DNA of 64,000 nt from a virus, in IMG/VR virus record IMGVR_UViG_3300001765_000033, positions 30,583 through 94,582 of that record; one strand, given 5' to 3'. Both the position numbers and the translations under genes were made by a program. Shown piece by piece: positions 28,137-38,858 of the stretch (position 1 is the stretch's first letter; each line of letters begins with the position of its first letter). Under the pieces are notes generated by a model. It was not told where the DNA came from and did not search any database. It was given only the letters and a program-made list of their open reading frames with translations.

Positions 28137-29624
28137 ATGGATTTTTATACAGACGTTCGCAGGTATGGAAATAATATTTTGTTTCGTGGAATAAACAACG
28201 GAAAGCAAGAAATTGGTAAGGTAAAGTTTCAGCCGACTTTGTTCGTTAAATCAAAGGACAAAAATTCAGAATGGAAATCGTTGTATGGCGATCCTCTTGA
28301 GCCTAAAAAGTTTGCTGATATCAATGAGGCAAAGGGATATCTAGAAAAGTATAAGGACGTTAATGGGTTTGAAGTTCATGGTATGGAAGATTATCAATAT
28401 CAATTTATTGCTGAAAAATATCCGACTAAGATTGATTACGATGTTAACCAAATGAAAATTTCAATCATAGACATTGAGGTCATTGATCCGACTGGTAATA
28501 CCCCTTTTCCTGATGTTCAGGAAGCTCAAGTGCCAATTGTGTTGATTTCTTTGGTTGATAAAACTTCTGGAAAAACCGATGTTTTTGGCTGGAAAGATTA
28601 CATCAAAGATTTAGATGATAATTTTGAATATCATAATTACAAATCTGAAAACGAAATGTTGAAAGCTTTTGTTGGCTTTTGGCAGCAGAATTATCCTCAT
28701 ATTTTTTCTGGATGGAATACACTAACATTCGATACTCCATATTTGGTAAATCGAATTCGCAGAGTTCTCAGTGATGATTGGGTAAATAAGTTATCTCCGC
28801 ATGGTATCGTAAAAGAAAAAATAAAAAAAGGCATGAACGGGCAAGAGATTCAGACATATGAGATATATGGTATTGTTGAATTAGATTATTTGGAATTATA
28901 TCGAAAATTTACCTATGGTAGCAGAGAATCTTATACTTTAGGATTTATTTCTGAATTGGAGTTGGGGGAAACGAAATTAGAAATTGAAAGTGAATCTTTT
29001 TATGATAGCTATGTAAATCATTATCATCAACTTATCAAATATAACGCCATCGATTCTCAGTTAGTGAATAAGATTGATTCTAAAATGCGTTTGTTAGAAT
29101 TGATTATATCTATTGCATATATGGCTAAATGTAATATGTCAGATGTATTTGGCCCGGTGAAAACTTGGGATGTTTTCATTTACAATTATATGATAACTAA
29201 GAAAATAGTTCCTCCACCTAAAAAACATTCATCTGGTGGTTCGTTTGAGGGCGCATGGGTGAAAGAACCAGTTCCTGGTATGTATGGGTGGATGGTGTCT
29301 TTTGACGCAACCAGCCTCTATCCAACGATCATTAGGCAGTGGAATATGAGTCCAGAGACTTACGTTTCTGATTACAGCGAACCTATAAAAGTTGTTGACG
29401 TTCTTTCGTGTGAGCAAGGTCTATCTAAATACGCTTTCGATAACAATTGTTCGGTAGCGGCAAACGGCACTTTTTATCGAAAGGATAAAAAGGGTATATT
29501 ACCATCTTTGATGGAAAATATGATGATTCAAAGAACTGTCGTAAAAAAGGAAATGCTAAAATTAGAGCAAGAATATCAGGACATTAAAGAAGAGCTAATG
29601 AAACGCGGCGTAAGTTGTAAGTAA
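28137..29624 (+). CDS. 43A: DNA polymerase gp43, subunit A (exonuclease, motif A, first fingers helix)
   Basis: DIEV, FDTPY, YNAID, SFDATSLYP; stops at KRGVSCK*. Confidence 0.93.
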   Translation: MDFYTDVRRYGNNILFRGINNGKQEIGKVKFQPTLFVKSKDKNSEWKSLYGDPLEPKKFADINEAKGYLEKYKDVNGFEVHGMEDYQYQFIAEKYPTKIDYDVNQMKISIIDIEVIDPTGNTPFPDVQEAQVPIVLISLVDKTSGKTDVFGWKDYIKDLDDNFEYHNYKSENEMLKAFVGFWQQNYPHIFSGWNTLTFDTPYLVNRIRRVLSDDWVNKLSPHGIVKEKIKKGMNGQEIQTYEIYGIVELDYLELYRKFTYGSRESYTLGFISELELGETKLEIESESFYDSYVNHYHQLIKYNAIDSQLVNKIDSKMRLLELIISIAYMAKCNMSDVFGPVKTWDVFIYNYMITKKIVPPPKKHSSGGSFEGAWVKEPVPGMYGWMVSFDATSLYPTIIRQWNMSPETYVSDYSEPIKVVDVLSCEQGLSKYAFDNNCSVAANGTFYRKDKKGILPSLMENMMIQRTVVKKEMLKLEQEYQDIKEELMKRGVSCK

Positions 29625-29642
29625 GGTGATAATTTAATAAAT

Positions 29643-29681
29643 GATAAATAGTATGGTAGTCTTATTCAATCAAGGAACCAT
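29643..29681 (+). promoter_or_regulatory. Late promoter GATAAATA plus SD-sequestering hairpin for the HNH gene
   Basis: TATGGT..CTT / AAG..ACCATA stem covers AAGGA. Confidence 0.6.
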
Positions 29682-30875
29682 ATGTTACCAATTAACACTT
29701 TTCATTATGACAGATATATTCGATTTTTATCTCTATTACCAAAAAGAGATAAACCAAAAGCTAAATTTAGTGGATTAGAAAAACATCACATATACCCAAA
29801 ATCTTTCGGTGGAACTGATGATTTAAGTAATTTGATATATTTAACTTGCCGAGAACATTATCTAGCCCATTGGATGCTTGCTAAGGCGTATGGCGGAGTT
29901 ATGTGGTTTGCGTTTAATCAAATGAAGCGAGTCATACAAGGCGATATTAAGAAAAGCAGTTTATATTCTTTATCCAGAAAATATATTTCTGAGCAAATAA
30001 GTATTTCTAATACTGGAAATACTATGAGTGATTATGCTAAAAACCTTAAGACTATTATGTTTTCCGGTAAAGTTTGGGTAAAAAATAAAGATGATTATTC
30101 CGATTATATGTTAATTTCTAATACTGATGAGAGATATTTAAGTGGTGAATATGTTGGAATTCAAACTGGATTGCTTAGGTCTGAAAGTTCTAAGAAAAAT
30201 ATGGCAGATAAAAACGGACTGAGAGGAAAAGTTAGTGCGTATAATATCCAAACTAAGGAAGTGTCGTATTTTTATGAAAGTGAAATTCCATTAGACTATA
30301 TAAAAGGCAGAACCCCCGAATTTAAGAATATAATATCAGAAAGATACACAGATATGAAATTTTATAAGAATTTTGATACTGGTGAAACCAAAAGAATAAA
30401 AGATGGTAGCCCAATACCATATGGATTTATTCTTCACAGAAATTTGGATGATATGCAGAATGGATTGAACAAAATGAACGATCCTAATAGTATGTTAGTT
30501 TATGATGTATCGTCCAAAATTTCAAAAATAATACCCAAAACCGAATTTAATTCAAGTAAATTTTATACTTCTGTGGCTACCACTGCAAATGCTGTTGTTT
30601 TTGAAAATTATGTTTTTGATTCCGTAGATACATTTAATAAACTTCTTCCGGATTTTAAAAAAATTAGTAAAAAAAATGCTACGGATAAAATCAAAATGGG
30701 TAAGCTACAGAAGAGAAAATTCTGTGAAAAATTTAAAGATATGTGTTATAATGATATAGGTTTCTTCGTAATTAAAATTACGGAGTTAGTTTGGAATGAA
30801 GATATGATTTTTATAAGGAAAATTGATGAATCTCTCGCAAATGAGTGTAGAAGAATTGTTATGTGCGAAGCATAA
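29682..30875 (+). mobile_element. Free-standing HNH homing endonuclease (Mob-like) inserted in gp43
   Basis: EKHHIYPKSFGGTDDLSNLIYLTCREHYLAHWML. Confidence 0.88.
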
Positions 30876-32168
30876 TCTTGAAAGTAAAATTTCTGCTTTA
30901 AATAATGAGCAGATGGCGATAAAAATCCTTAGAATTTGTGAGGCTTGATTCGGTAACGAATTTTGAAAACCCTGTGAATTCGGTGAAACTCCAGAACGGA
31001 CAATACCGAGCCAAACCCAAAATGGGAAGCGTGTAACGACTAGATCGAAAGATCGTACATTCAAGTGAATGGAAGCGCAGGGCATCCTATTAGGATGATG
31101 ATATAGTCTGATCTGTATAGGAATATACAGCAGCTTAATAAGCGGGATAAGATTAACGATCTTATTTGAACATAAATGAATAATTCTTTATATGGCGCTA
31201 TAACTCAGAACAGCTTTAGGTATTACATTTTGGCAATTGGTGAGGCTATCACTTTGTCAGGGCAAGCCAGTAATCGACATTTAGAATTGCATCTAAATAA
31301 GTATTTCAATAAAATATTGAAGACTGATGATATTGATTATGTGGCGTATTCGGATACCGATTCAAATTATATCAATTTTGATAGCATAGTGAATAAGCTA
31401 TGCAAAGATAAATCGGACACGATTAATATTGTGGAGTTTCTTGAAAAGCTTGCATTAAAATTACAAGATACTGTTATTAAAGAATCAACAGATCATATTT
31501 TCAATTTGTGTAATTGTTTTGAAAATTTGATGAGTTATAAAATCGATACGGTTTCCGAAAAGGCAATTTGGACTTCAAAGAAACGATACTGCATGATAGT
31601 CCATAGCGCAGAATTGGTTAGGTATCATCCTCCGAAACTTAAAATCATGGGTATGGATATTATTAAATCCAGCACACCAAAAGCTATTCGTGCGGAATTA
31701 AAATCTTGTTTGCCTATTATTTTTAATAAAGGTGAGATTGCTTTAAGAGAATTTGTGACATCCGTTAAAGATCGATTCTATTCTTTACCAGTTTCTGATA
31801 TCGCATTCCCTCGCGGCACAAATGACATTGAAAAGTGGATGGATGGTAATGGATATAAGATCAGAGTGCCTGTTCATGTGCGCGGTTCTATAAATTACAA
31901 CAATCTCACTACTTCATTCCCGAAGTATGATAAAATACGCAGTGGCGATAAAATTAAATATGTGTATCTGAAAATTCCAAACACGATAAAGGAAAATGTT
32001 ATATCATTTCCAACATCAAAAACTTTGCCACTCGAATTTGGATTGGAAAAATATATTGATAAAGAACTTCAGTTTGAAAAAGCGTTCTTAAATCCACTGG
32101 AAGCAATCACTAACGCAATAGGTTGGCAACTGGAAGAGAAGTCAGATTTGAGTGAGTTCTTTTGCTAA
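30826..32168 (+). CDS. 43B: DNA polymerase gp43, subunit B; spliced join(30826..30930,31179..32168), 364 aa
   Basis: AAGGAA SD, then MNLSQMSVEELLCAKHNLESKISALNNEQMAIKIL; splicing gives KIL|NNSLYG (motif B), then YSDTDS and KKRY; ends LSEFFC. Confidence 0.88.
30931..31178 (+). ncRNA. ORF-less group I intron (phage IA2-like), 248 nt
   Basis: Exon CCUU pairs with IGS GAGG (U.G at the splice site); core GAATTCGGTGAAA, ACCGAGCCAA, AACGACTAG, GATATAGTCT; terminal G at 31178. Confidence 0.9.
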
Positions 32169-32181
32169 TCACTATTTCATC

Positions 32182-32400
32182 ATGAAACAAAAACTTACAC
32201 AATCTGACATTAAGCAACTTCTGATCTATCAGCAGGCACTTTTGAAGTTAGCTTCTGAAATATCAAACCTGATATATACCAAATCTTCTTACGAAAGTCA
32301 AGATGTTTTTGTAAAAAATGTCGCTTCTGTGGTACAATCGACAGCTAAGGTATGCGACTCTATCGATGTTCCTTACCAGCTTATCGAATCAAATTTTTAA
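32182..32400 (+). CDS. Hypothetical protein
   Basis: Short ORF filling the gap after 43B. Confidence 0.45.
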   Translation: MKQKLTQSDIKQLLIYQQALLKLASEISNLIYTKSSYESQDVFVKNVASVVQSTAKVCDSIDVPYQLIESNF

Positions 32401-32411
32401 AGGATAATATA

Positions 32412-32846
32412 ATGGCAAAGAAAAAAGCCGAAAAAGCCGAAAAAGCTGAAGCAGTAGACGAACCTAAAGTAGATCATATCGAAAACTGGTCGGTTTTCGG
32501 TGCTAAAATGGCTATTGTCGATGTACATACTCATCTTGGCGACAATGATAAGAAACTTTATCAGCCAGCAATATCAATTTTGCTAGATGATTTTTCTGAC
32601 GAAGAGGATACCGCAGAAAATCGAAAATTTATTTCTATCGTCCTAGATAAGATTTATAAAGACGTTAATGAAGCAATTTATACTTCTGTTAATTGTGCTA
32701 TGTCCATGTTCGATAATGTGGCGAATAAAGTAAATGTTTATGACGTAAATCATGAAATGTCGAAAGAATATTCTGTGGATAAAGTTTTTGCAAAGATGGA
32801 AAAGGCGTCTAGAAATAAGTATAAATCCAGTGTAAGTTTTTGGTAA
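32412..32846 (+). CDS. Hypothetical protein
   Basis: AAGGA SD, starts MAKKKAEKAEKAE. Confidence 0.65.
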   Translation: MAKKKAEKAEKAEAVDEPKVDHIENWSVFGAKMAIVDVHTHLGDNDKKLYQPAISILLDDFSDEEDTAENRKFISIVLDKIYKDVNEAIYTSVNCAMSMFDNVANKVNVYDVNHEMSKEYSVDKVFAKMEKASRNKYKSSVSFW

Positions 32847-32859
32847 AAAAGGAAATTAA

Positions 32860-33930
32860 ATGGCAGAATCAATGATTGAACGGTTACGAAAAAATAGCAC
32901 TATCAAGGCAACTTCTGCCCTTAGTGATTCAAAATTATATAATAATATTGATGAAACTTCGACCGATATTTTTGCAATGAATATTGCTTTATCTGGAAGT
33001 ATTAATGGTGGTTTGAAATCTGGTATTACTACAATTTGTGGATTATCTCGGCATTTTAAAACAATGTATGGCATGATTCTAGCATCGGCATATTTGAAAA
33101 AGAACAAAGACTCAGTTTTCATTTTCTACGATAATGAATTTGGTGCAAATAAAGATACAATGTCATCTTTGGGTATTGATACCTCTAGGGTGTTGCATAC
33201 TCCAATTACAGATATTGAAGAGTTGACATTTGATATTGTGAAGCAGTTAAAAGGCATCGAGCGTGGTGAAAAAGTTTTCATCATGATTGACAGTATAGGA
33301 AATATTGCCAGTAAAAAAGAGGTCGAAAATGCAGAGAATGAAAAATCTGTTTCGGACCTCACGAGACAACGAATGCTAAAATCAATGTACCGAATAATTA
33401 CGCCATACTTACGATTAAAAGATATTCCATTAGTACAAGTTGCGCACCTGTATATGTCGCTAGAATTATTCCCTAAACCTATCATTTCTGGTGGTCAAGG
33501 TATCCTACTTGCTTCTGATACAGCTTGGATTATCAATAAATCTCAAGAAAAAGAAGGAACTGAGCAGGTAGGCAGTAATTTCACCATCAAGGTCGAAAAA
33601 TCAAGATTTGTCAGAGAGAAAACTGCAATTCCAATCACGGTTAAATTTGAAGGTGGTCTTTCACGATATACCGGATTGCTTGATATTGCGTTAGAATCTG
33701 GCTTAGTTGTCAAACCTAATATGGGTTGGTATTCTAGAGTCAATGATGATGGTGAAATTGAAGCTAAAAAATGGAGAGCAAAAGATACCGATTGTTCTGA
33801 ATTTTGGCAACCATTATTGAAGTCCAAGAAATTCAATGAGTATATCGAATCTACATACAAGCTATCGCAGAATCTATTAATCTCAGACGAAGAAATCAAA
33901 ACTGAAATCGAATCAGTAACAGCAGAGTAA
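32860..33930 (+). CDS. uvsX: RecA-like recombinase UvsX
   Basis: NIALSG, GLSRHFKT, FYDNEFG, DSIGN.ASKKE, KSRFVREK. Confidence 0.95.
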   Translation: MAESMIERLRKNSTIKATSALSDSKLYNNIDETSTDIFAMNIALSGSINGGLKSGITTICGLSRHFKTMYGMILASAYLKKNKDSVFIFYDNEFGANKDTMSSLGIDTSRVLHTPITDIEELTFDIVKQLKGIERGEKVFIMIDSIGNIASKKEVENAENEKSVSDLTRQRMLKSMYRIITPYLRLKDIPLVQVAHLYMSLELFPKPIISGGQGILLASDTAWIINKSQEKEGTEQVGSNFTIKVEKSRFVREKTAIPITVKFEGGLSRYTGLLDIALESGLVVKPNMGWYSRVNDDGEIEAKKWRAKDTDCSEFWQPLLKSKKFNEYIESTYKLSQNLLISDEEIKTEIESVTAE

Positions 33931-33941
33931 AAGGAAACAAA

Positions 33942-34265
33942 ATGTCAGAATCACTAAAAAAAGTTAAGCATCTAGTTCAGGCAACTGGAAATTTTCATAA
34001 AACAGATGCAGGCGAAGATACAGAGTTAGAAATCGTATCTGGTAAATTTAAAGGCTGTAGATTTTATTTTTCGGAAATGAAATTTGCAGATGAAGAAAAT
34101 GAAGATGGTACAATCGACATGACATTCCAAAAAGATATTACAAATGATTTTAAAGTATCTGAGGATGACGAAAAAGAATTTAATACATTCTTGGGTGATA
34201 CCATTATCCGTATTCTGCAAGAAATGATTGAAAAAAATGAGGCAGTGTATAAAGGTGGAATTTAA
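33942..34265 (+). CDS. 40: Head vertex assembly chaperone, gp40-like
   Basis: GKFKG..F, LGD.I..IL; between uvsX and 41. Confidence 0.7.
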   Translation: MSESLKKVKHLVQATGNFHKTDAGEDTELEIVSGKFKGCRFYFSEMKFADEENEDGTIDMTFQKDITNDFKVSEDDEKEFNTFLGDTIIRILQEMIEKNEAVYKGGI

Positions 34266-35644
34266 TGTCGGATCGTATCGAAACGATAATTCTTTCAAAT
34301 TTAATCAATGACGAAGAATTTTGTAGAAAGACATTACCATTTTTAAAACCTGAATATTTTTCTGAGCGATCCGATAAAGTAATTTTCTCTGATATAGAAA
34401 GTTTTTTCCACAAATATAACAAGCTGCCTACACAACAAATCCTCAAAATTCACCTTGATGATCGTACTGACATGAAGCAGTCGGAATTTGATAAGGCTGT
34501 TGAGTTAGTAGATACTTTGGTCGTTAAGGAACCCAACGCATCGTGGTTGCTTGAAAGGACTGAAAAGTTCTGCAAAGATCAAGCCCTGTATGGGGCTGTT
34601 CTAGAGTCTATTTCCATTCTTGATGGTAAGGATACCAAGTATACAAAAGAAGCGATTCCGGGGCTTCTACAGGATGCTCTAGGGATATCATTTGATAATT
34701 CTGTGGGGCATGATTTTTTTGTTGATGCTGAAAGGCGTTATGATCAATATCATACAAAAGAAGACAAACTACCGTTTGGGTTGGATATATTCAACCGAAT
34801 AACTTCTGGTGGTCTACCTAAAAAGACTTTATCTATCGTTTTAGCTTCAGTGAATGCCGGGAAGAGTCTCTTTATGTGTGATTGTGCCGCTAAAGCTTTA
34901 CAACAAGGAAAAAATGTTCTGTTTATAAGTTTAGAAATGGCAGAGGAAAAAATCGCAGAGCGCGTGGATTGTAATTTATTGGAGATTAATATTGGAGATT
35001 TACCAAAGGTTAGAAAAAAAGATTTTATTGAGGGTATTCAAGAATTAAAAAATAAATCATATGGGAAGCTTGTAGTAAAAGAATATCCAACAGGCGGGGC
35101 ACACGCTGGACATTTTAAGTCATTGATTGATGAATTAAAAACAAAAAAGAATTTTGTCCCTGATTTTATTATTATTGATTATTTGAATATATGTGCAAGC
35201 CAAAGAATTAAAAACGGAAATAGTAATTCGTACAGTATATGTAAATCAATTTCTGAGGAATTTAGAGGGTTAGCAGTAGAATATAATGTTCCTGTTCTCA
35301 CTGCCAGCCAATTAACTAGATCGGGTATGACTAGCACAGACGTACAGATGACCGATGTGTCCGAGAGTATCGGTATTGTTGCTACCTGTGACTTTGCTAT
35401 AAATCTTATGCGTACACCTGAGCTTGATGAAATTGGTCAGGTGTTAATAAAACAATTAAAATCGCGGCTGGGGTCAGTAAGCTATTATACCCGTTTTGTT
35501 GTTGGTATAAATTTAGATCAATTCAAGCTCTATGACGTAGATCAGCCGGGGGCTAATTTATCGGATGCTGGTAAAACCGATGACTCCCCTAAAGGATATG
35601 TTTCGTCTAAAACCATTAATGTCGATGGATTAGATTTTACCTAA
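34265..35644 (+). CDS. 41: Replicative helicase gp41
   Basis: ASVNAGKS, SLEM.EE.IAER.D, IDYLNIC, KQLKSR. Confidence 0.95.
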   Translation: MSDRIETIILSNLINDEEFCRKTLPFLKPEYFSERSDKVIFSDIESFFHKYNKLPTQQILKIHLDDRTDMKQSEFDKAVELVDTLVVKEPNASWLLERTEKFCKDQALYGAVLESISILDGKDTKYTKEAIPGLLQDALGISFDNSVGHDFFVDAERRYDQYHTKEDKLPFGLDIFNRITSGGLPKKTLSIVLASVNAGKSLFMCDCAAKALQQGKNVLFISLEMAEEKIAERVDCNLLEINIGDLPKVRKKDFIEGIQELKNKSYGKLVVKEYPTGGAHAGHFKSLIDELKTKKNFVPDFIIIDYLNICASQRIKNGNSNSYSICKSISEEFRGLAVEYNVPVLTASQLTRSGMTSTDVQMTDVSESIGIVATCDFAINLMRTPELDEIGQVLIKQLKSRLGSVSYYTRFVVGINLDQFKLYDVDQPGANLSDAGKTDDSPKGYVSSKTINVDGLDFT

Positions 35645-35679
35645 GATAAATATTGGAAGCAATAACTATTATTACTCCA

Positions 35680-36246
35680 ATGAAAACTTTCTCAGAATTA
35701 AAATCGTATCTACTTGAGCATATCAGAACTCCAAAGGCAGATTCTCCTAAATTCCAAAAACTAGACGACTCTTATCTTAAATCCAGACCTTTGAAGCTTG
35801 AAACTAAGTCATTCAGGTTTCATATCAAAGATCATTCTGACCCAAAAGATAAGACTACTGGATTGGTTACTGTGCATGATTCAGCTGGAAATCATGTTGG
35901 TTCAATGTCGTATAGCAGACTGCAAAAAAGTGGTCATGTTATTTCTGAATTGACAAAAGATAAAAGCTGCAAACATGATCACATGATGGCAGAGGTAATG
36001 TCGCACTTGAATGATCATCATGGATATAAATTCTTTGGTTCACATACGGTTTCATCTGATGGTGAAAGACCTTGGGCTTCTTTGGCTAAACATTACAATG
36101 TCCACGTCTTAGAGGGAAAAACTGCATTGAAAAAAGTCAAATCTAGCGTCACGCCAGAGTCTATCATTAAAGGCGATCATGTTCAGAAAGGTCTAAGTCC
36201 AGATAGCGAACTTCTTAGACAGTATTACCTTGGGGCTAAAAAATGA
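35680..36246 (+). CDS. GNAT-like protein with CTS-like leader
   Basis: MKTFSELKSYLLE after GATAAATA (35645-35652); S..G...W..L GNAT-type C-terminal motif; His-rich. Confidence 0.5.
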   Translation: MKTFSELKSYLLEHIRTPKADSPKFQKLDDSYLKSRPLKLETKSFRFHIKDHSDPKDKTTGLVTVHDSAGNHVGSMSYSRLQKSGHVISELTKDKSCKHDHMMAEVMSHLNDHHGYKFFGSHTVSSDGERPWASLAKHYNVHVLEGKTALKKVKSSVTPESIIKGDHVQKGLSPDSELLRQYYLGAKK

Positions 36247-36914
36247 GTTTAGTTCATTTAGTATTGGAAGCTATAGCTCATCAAAAATCTCTAGATTATG
36301 AGAAAAGTATAGCTAAAAAACTTTATGATAATGGACGTGGCGTTAATTCTGATGGTGCAGGACATAATTCAAAACGAGCAGATGCCACAATAATTGCTGA
36401 TGATGGTTCACATCACAGTCTTGAGATTAAAAAAAGTCACTCTGCCAGAATGACTCAATTATCGATTGCACATACTAAAGAAAAAGGTTGGCATATTCCA
36501 GTTATCAGTAGACTATCAAAACCAGCCTATGCTAAACACGTTGAAAAATCTGGAATATTGCAAAAACTAAATGATACTTGGGGTGATCCTACTGGCAAAG
36601 AAAAGCCAAAAGATTTATATCATGATGATGTTAATGGTGCTGAAGGTGTCGGCGCACATTATGGCAAAGACAAAAAGACCCCATACATTCATATTGGTGG
36701 TGGACATGGATTTTTTAAGACAACCGATGATGATCCTGCTAAAATAGGAGCACCAAAAATTTCTGGTGATGGCTGGAGACTTCGCGCTAGAGTCAAATCT
36801 TTAGGTAGAACTAAGGCTGATGGTACAGCAGACAAAATGTTTATCATAAATAGCACGATATCTAAAAAAGGTTTGGGTAGATCACATTTATCTTTGGACG
36901 CTGACCCTACCTAA
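36243..36914 (+). CDS. PD-(D/E)XK nuclease-like protein, possible internal head protein
   Basis: MSLVHLVLE leader; YE, RAD, SLEIK motifs. Confidence 0.55.
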   Translation: MSLVHLVLEAIAHQKSLDYEKSIAKKLYDNGRGVNSDGAGHNSKRADATIIADDGSHHSLEIKKSHSARMTQLSIAHTKEKGWHIPVISRLSKPAYAKHVEKSGILQKLNDTWGDPTGKEKPKDLYHDDVNGAEGVGAHYGKDKKTPYIHIGGGHGFFKTTDDDPAKIGAPKISGDGWRLRARVKSLGRTKADGTADKMFIINSTISKKGLGRSHLSLDADPT

Positions 36915-36955
36915 ATACAAAATCTTTTAACCTATAAAAATGGAGAATGTGAAAT

Positions 36956-38434
36956 ATGTCAAAATGTAATAATTGTGGTGGCGACAATGTAAAAAATCTT
37001 GGTATGCGATTGATTGGTAAATCTCAAAAATTTAAATTCCAATGTCAAGATTGTGGTTACACTGAAATGTTGACGAAGTATCAAACTAAGAGTGTTCATC
37101 GATATATCATTTCTTCAATCCAAAATGATACTGAGGTCAACGAAGATTTTTTCAAAACTCTAAAATCTTTCGCAAAATTAAAAGATGTGGAGATTATGTT
37201 ACTGCCAACAAAATATCTAGGCCATTTAAAAACCGCAAATTGGGACGATCAATATCAAAATTATATTGTCAATACAGAAAGAAATATTGGTAATAGCATT
37301 AAGGTTCTTGGTGATCTATATCTACTTGCGTCATTGGAGAATCCAATTTCTGGTTTTGATGCGGTATCTAAGGGCAGAACGGTTATCGTTGGTCATGGGC
37401 AGTATCAAATGAAATCATTGCCGACAGCGGTTAATTCGCATCCTTTGATGCTGACTTCAACTGGATCGGTGACACATCCAAATGTAAATTCTAATACTAA
37501 AGTAGGCAAGAAAGCTATATTCAATCATAGTTATTCCGCATTATATATTTCAGTATTAAATGAGGGAATGTTAGATGAAGAATTTCATATTAGGGCATTA
37601 ATGTGGGACGGTGAGGGATTCTATGATATTGATGGATATTATGTAGATAATGCAGTAAAGAAATTAAAACATATTTCTGCATTAATTACTGGCGATGAAC
37701 ATATTATTGAAATTGATCCAATTGCTGCAAAATCTGTATATGGTAAAAATGGTATTGTTGAGAAACTAAATCCAGAATTTATTATTAGGCATGATGTATT
37801 ATCTTCAAATGCAATATCTCATCATAATAATGGGTTGATAGTTAAGCAAAATCTAATGAATGCTGCTAATGAGGATGATTTGCAAAAAGAATTAGATATT
37901 ACTTGCAAATTTATTGTAGATACTACTCCAAAATATTTGACCTCATATATTGTCGCGTCGAACCATCATGACCACCTAGACCTTTGGTTACAAAATGTAG
38001 ATTCAAATTTAGATAAGAAAAATGCCAAGTTATATCATTGGTTCTTGTATAAGAAATTGAGCGATGACAGTTATTATAAAACTGCATTTGAGACATACTT
38101 TAGATTCAAATACCCAAATGTCAATAATGTTGAATTTCTTGATAGAGATAATCCTGTTTTGATTCACGATATCGAAGTGCATCATCATGGTGATTTATCT
38201 CATAGTGGCGGCAGGGATGGTAAAAATTACTTCCCAAAACATACGCATAAAGTAGTTCATGGACATTACCACTCACCATCTGTAAATAAAGGCTCGTATG
38301 CTGTTGGCACTATGTCTAAATTTAAATTATCATATACTTCTGGACTTACTTCGTGGATGCACTCAAATGTGATTATCTATCCAAATGGAAAACGCCAACA
38401 CGTTAATATTATCAATGGTCGCTGGTTTGTCTAA
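36956..38434 (+). CDS. T5 A1-like metallophosphoesterase/nuclease with N-terminal Zn ribbon
   Basis: CNNC..CQDC, ISSIQNDT, STGSVT, GKKA.FNH, GDEH, HD, SNHH, HGD, HGHYHSP. Confidence 0.7.
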   Translation: MSKCNNCGGDNVKNLGMRLIGKSQKFKFQCQDCGYTEMLTKYQTKSVHRYIISSIQNDTEVNEDFFKTLKSFAKLKDVEIMLLPTKYLGHLKTANWDDQYQNYIVNTERNIGNSIKVLGDLYLLASLENPISGFDAVSKGRTVIVGHGQYQMKSLPTAVNSHPLMLTSTGSVTHPNVNSNTKVGKKAIFNHSYSALYISVLNEGMLDEEFHIRALMWDGEGFYDIDGYYVDNAVKKLKHISALITGDEHIIEIDPIAAKSVYGKNGIVEKLNPEFIIRHDVLSSNAISHHNNGLIVKQNLMNAANEDDLQKELDITCKFIVDTTPKYLTSYIVASNHHDHLDLWLQNVDSNLDKKNAKLYHWFLYKKLSDDSYYKTAFETYFRFKYPNVNNVEFLDRDNPVLIHDIEVHHHGDLSHSGGRDGKNYFPKHTHKVVHGHYHSPSVNKGSYAVGTMSKFKLSYTSGLTSWMHSNVIIYPNGKRQHVNIINGRWFV

Positions 38435-38445
38435 AATTCTATTAG

Positions 38446-38453
38446 TATAAATA
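38446..38453 (+). promoter_or_regulatory. Late promoter TATAAATA
   Basis: Exact consensus before the 38484-44498 late operon. Confidence 0.8.
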
Positions 38454-38483
38454 TAAGATACTAGCAAATTTAGGATTATATAA

Positions 38484-38855
38484 ATGTCTGATTTAGAACT
38501 TAATCAATCACATCGTTTAGCTGCAGCAAGACTGCAATCAGCTAAACGTAGAGCATTAAAAAGGGGAAAGAGATTTGACCCTAAACTTGCGACTGAATTG
38601 GAGTTTCATAGGAGTTCTATTTCCGATGACGTTCAAGTATCTACGGAAATTCCTGAGTTGACCGAATCATATAATTTCTTTTTGTATTATGCATTAAAAG
38701 CAGATGAAGCTGGAAAAGATGCAGATAGCATTCGCAAACATTTGCTTAATGCCGAAAAGTCAAGACTTAGATTAAAGAAATTTGATGTTGAACATAATAA
38801 GGTTCGTTTGGGTAAAGAAATGTGGCTTAGAAAAAAATACGACTTGCCAGTGTAA
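38484..38855 (+). CDS. Late hypothetical protein
   Basis: 123 aa, AGGA SD. Confidence 0.65.
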   Translation: MSDLELNQSHRLAAARLQSAKRRALKRGKRFDPKLATELEFHRSSISDDVQVSTEIPELTESYNFFLYYALKADEAGKDADSIRKHLLNAEKSRLRLKKFDVEHNKVRLGKEMWLRKKYDLPV

Positions 38856-38858
38856 ATT

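Noticed and set aside
30786-31085. 99-aa minus-strand ORF
   Set aside because: Antisense to the 43B exon and intron core.
31176-31178. ATG 31176 as the start of the polymerase C-terminal ORF
   Set aside because: These are the last three intron nucleotides; starting here would lose the motif B lysine, and there is no SD.
29625-31178. One large intron containing the HNH gene
   Set aside because: The group I core lies wholly downstream of the HNH stop, and a polymerase exon with its own SD and ATG lies between them.
32421-32450. 9-bp coding repeat (KAE)x3
   Set aside because: Ordinary in-frame low-complexity slippage.
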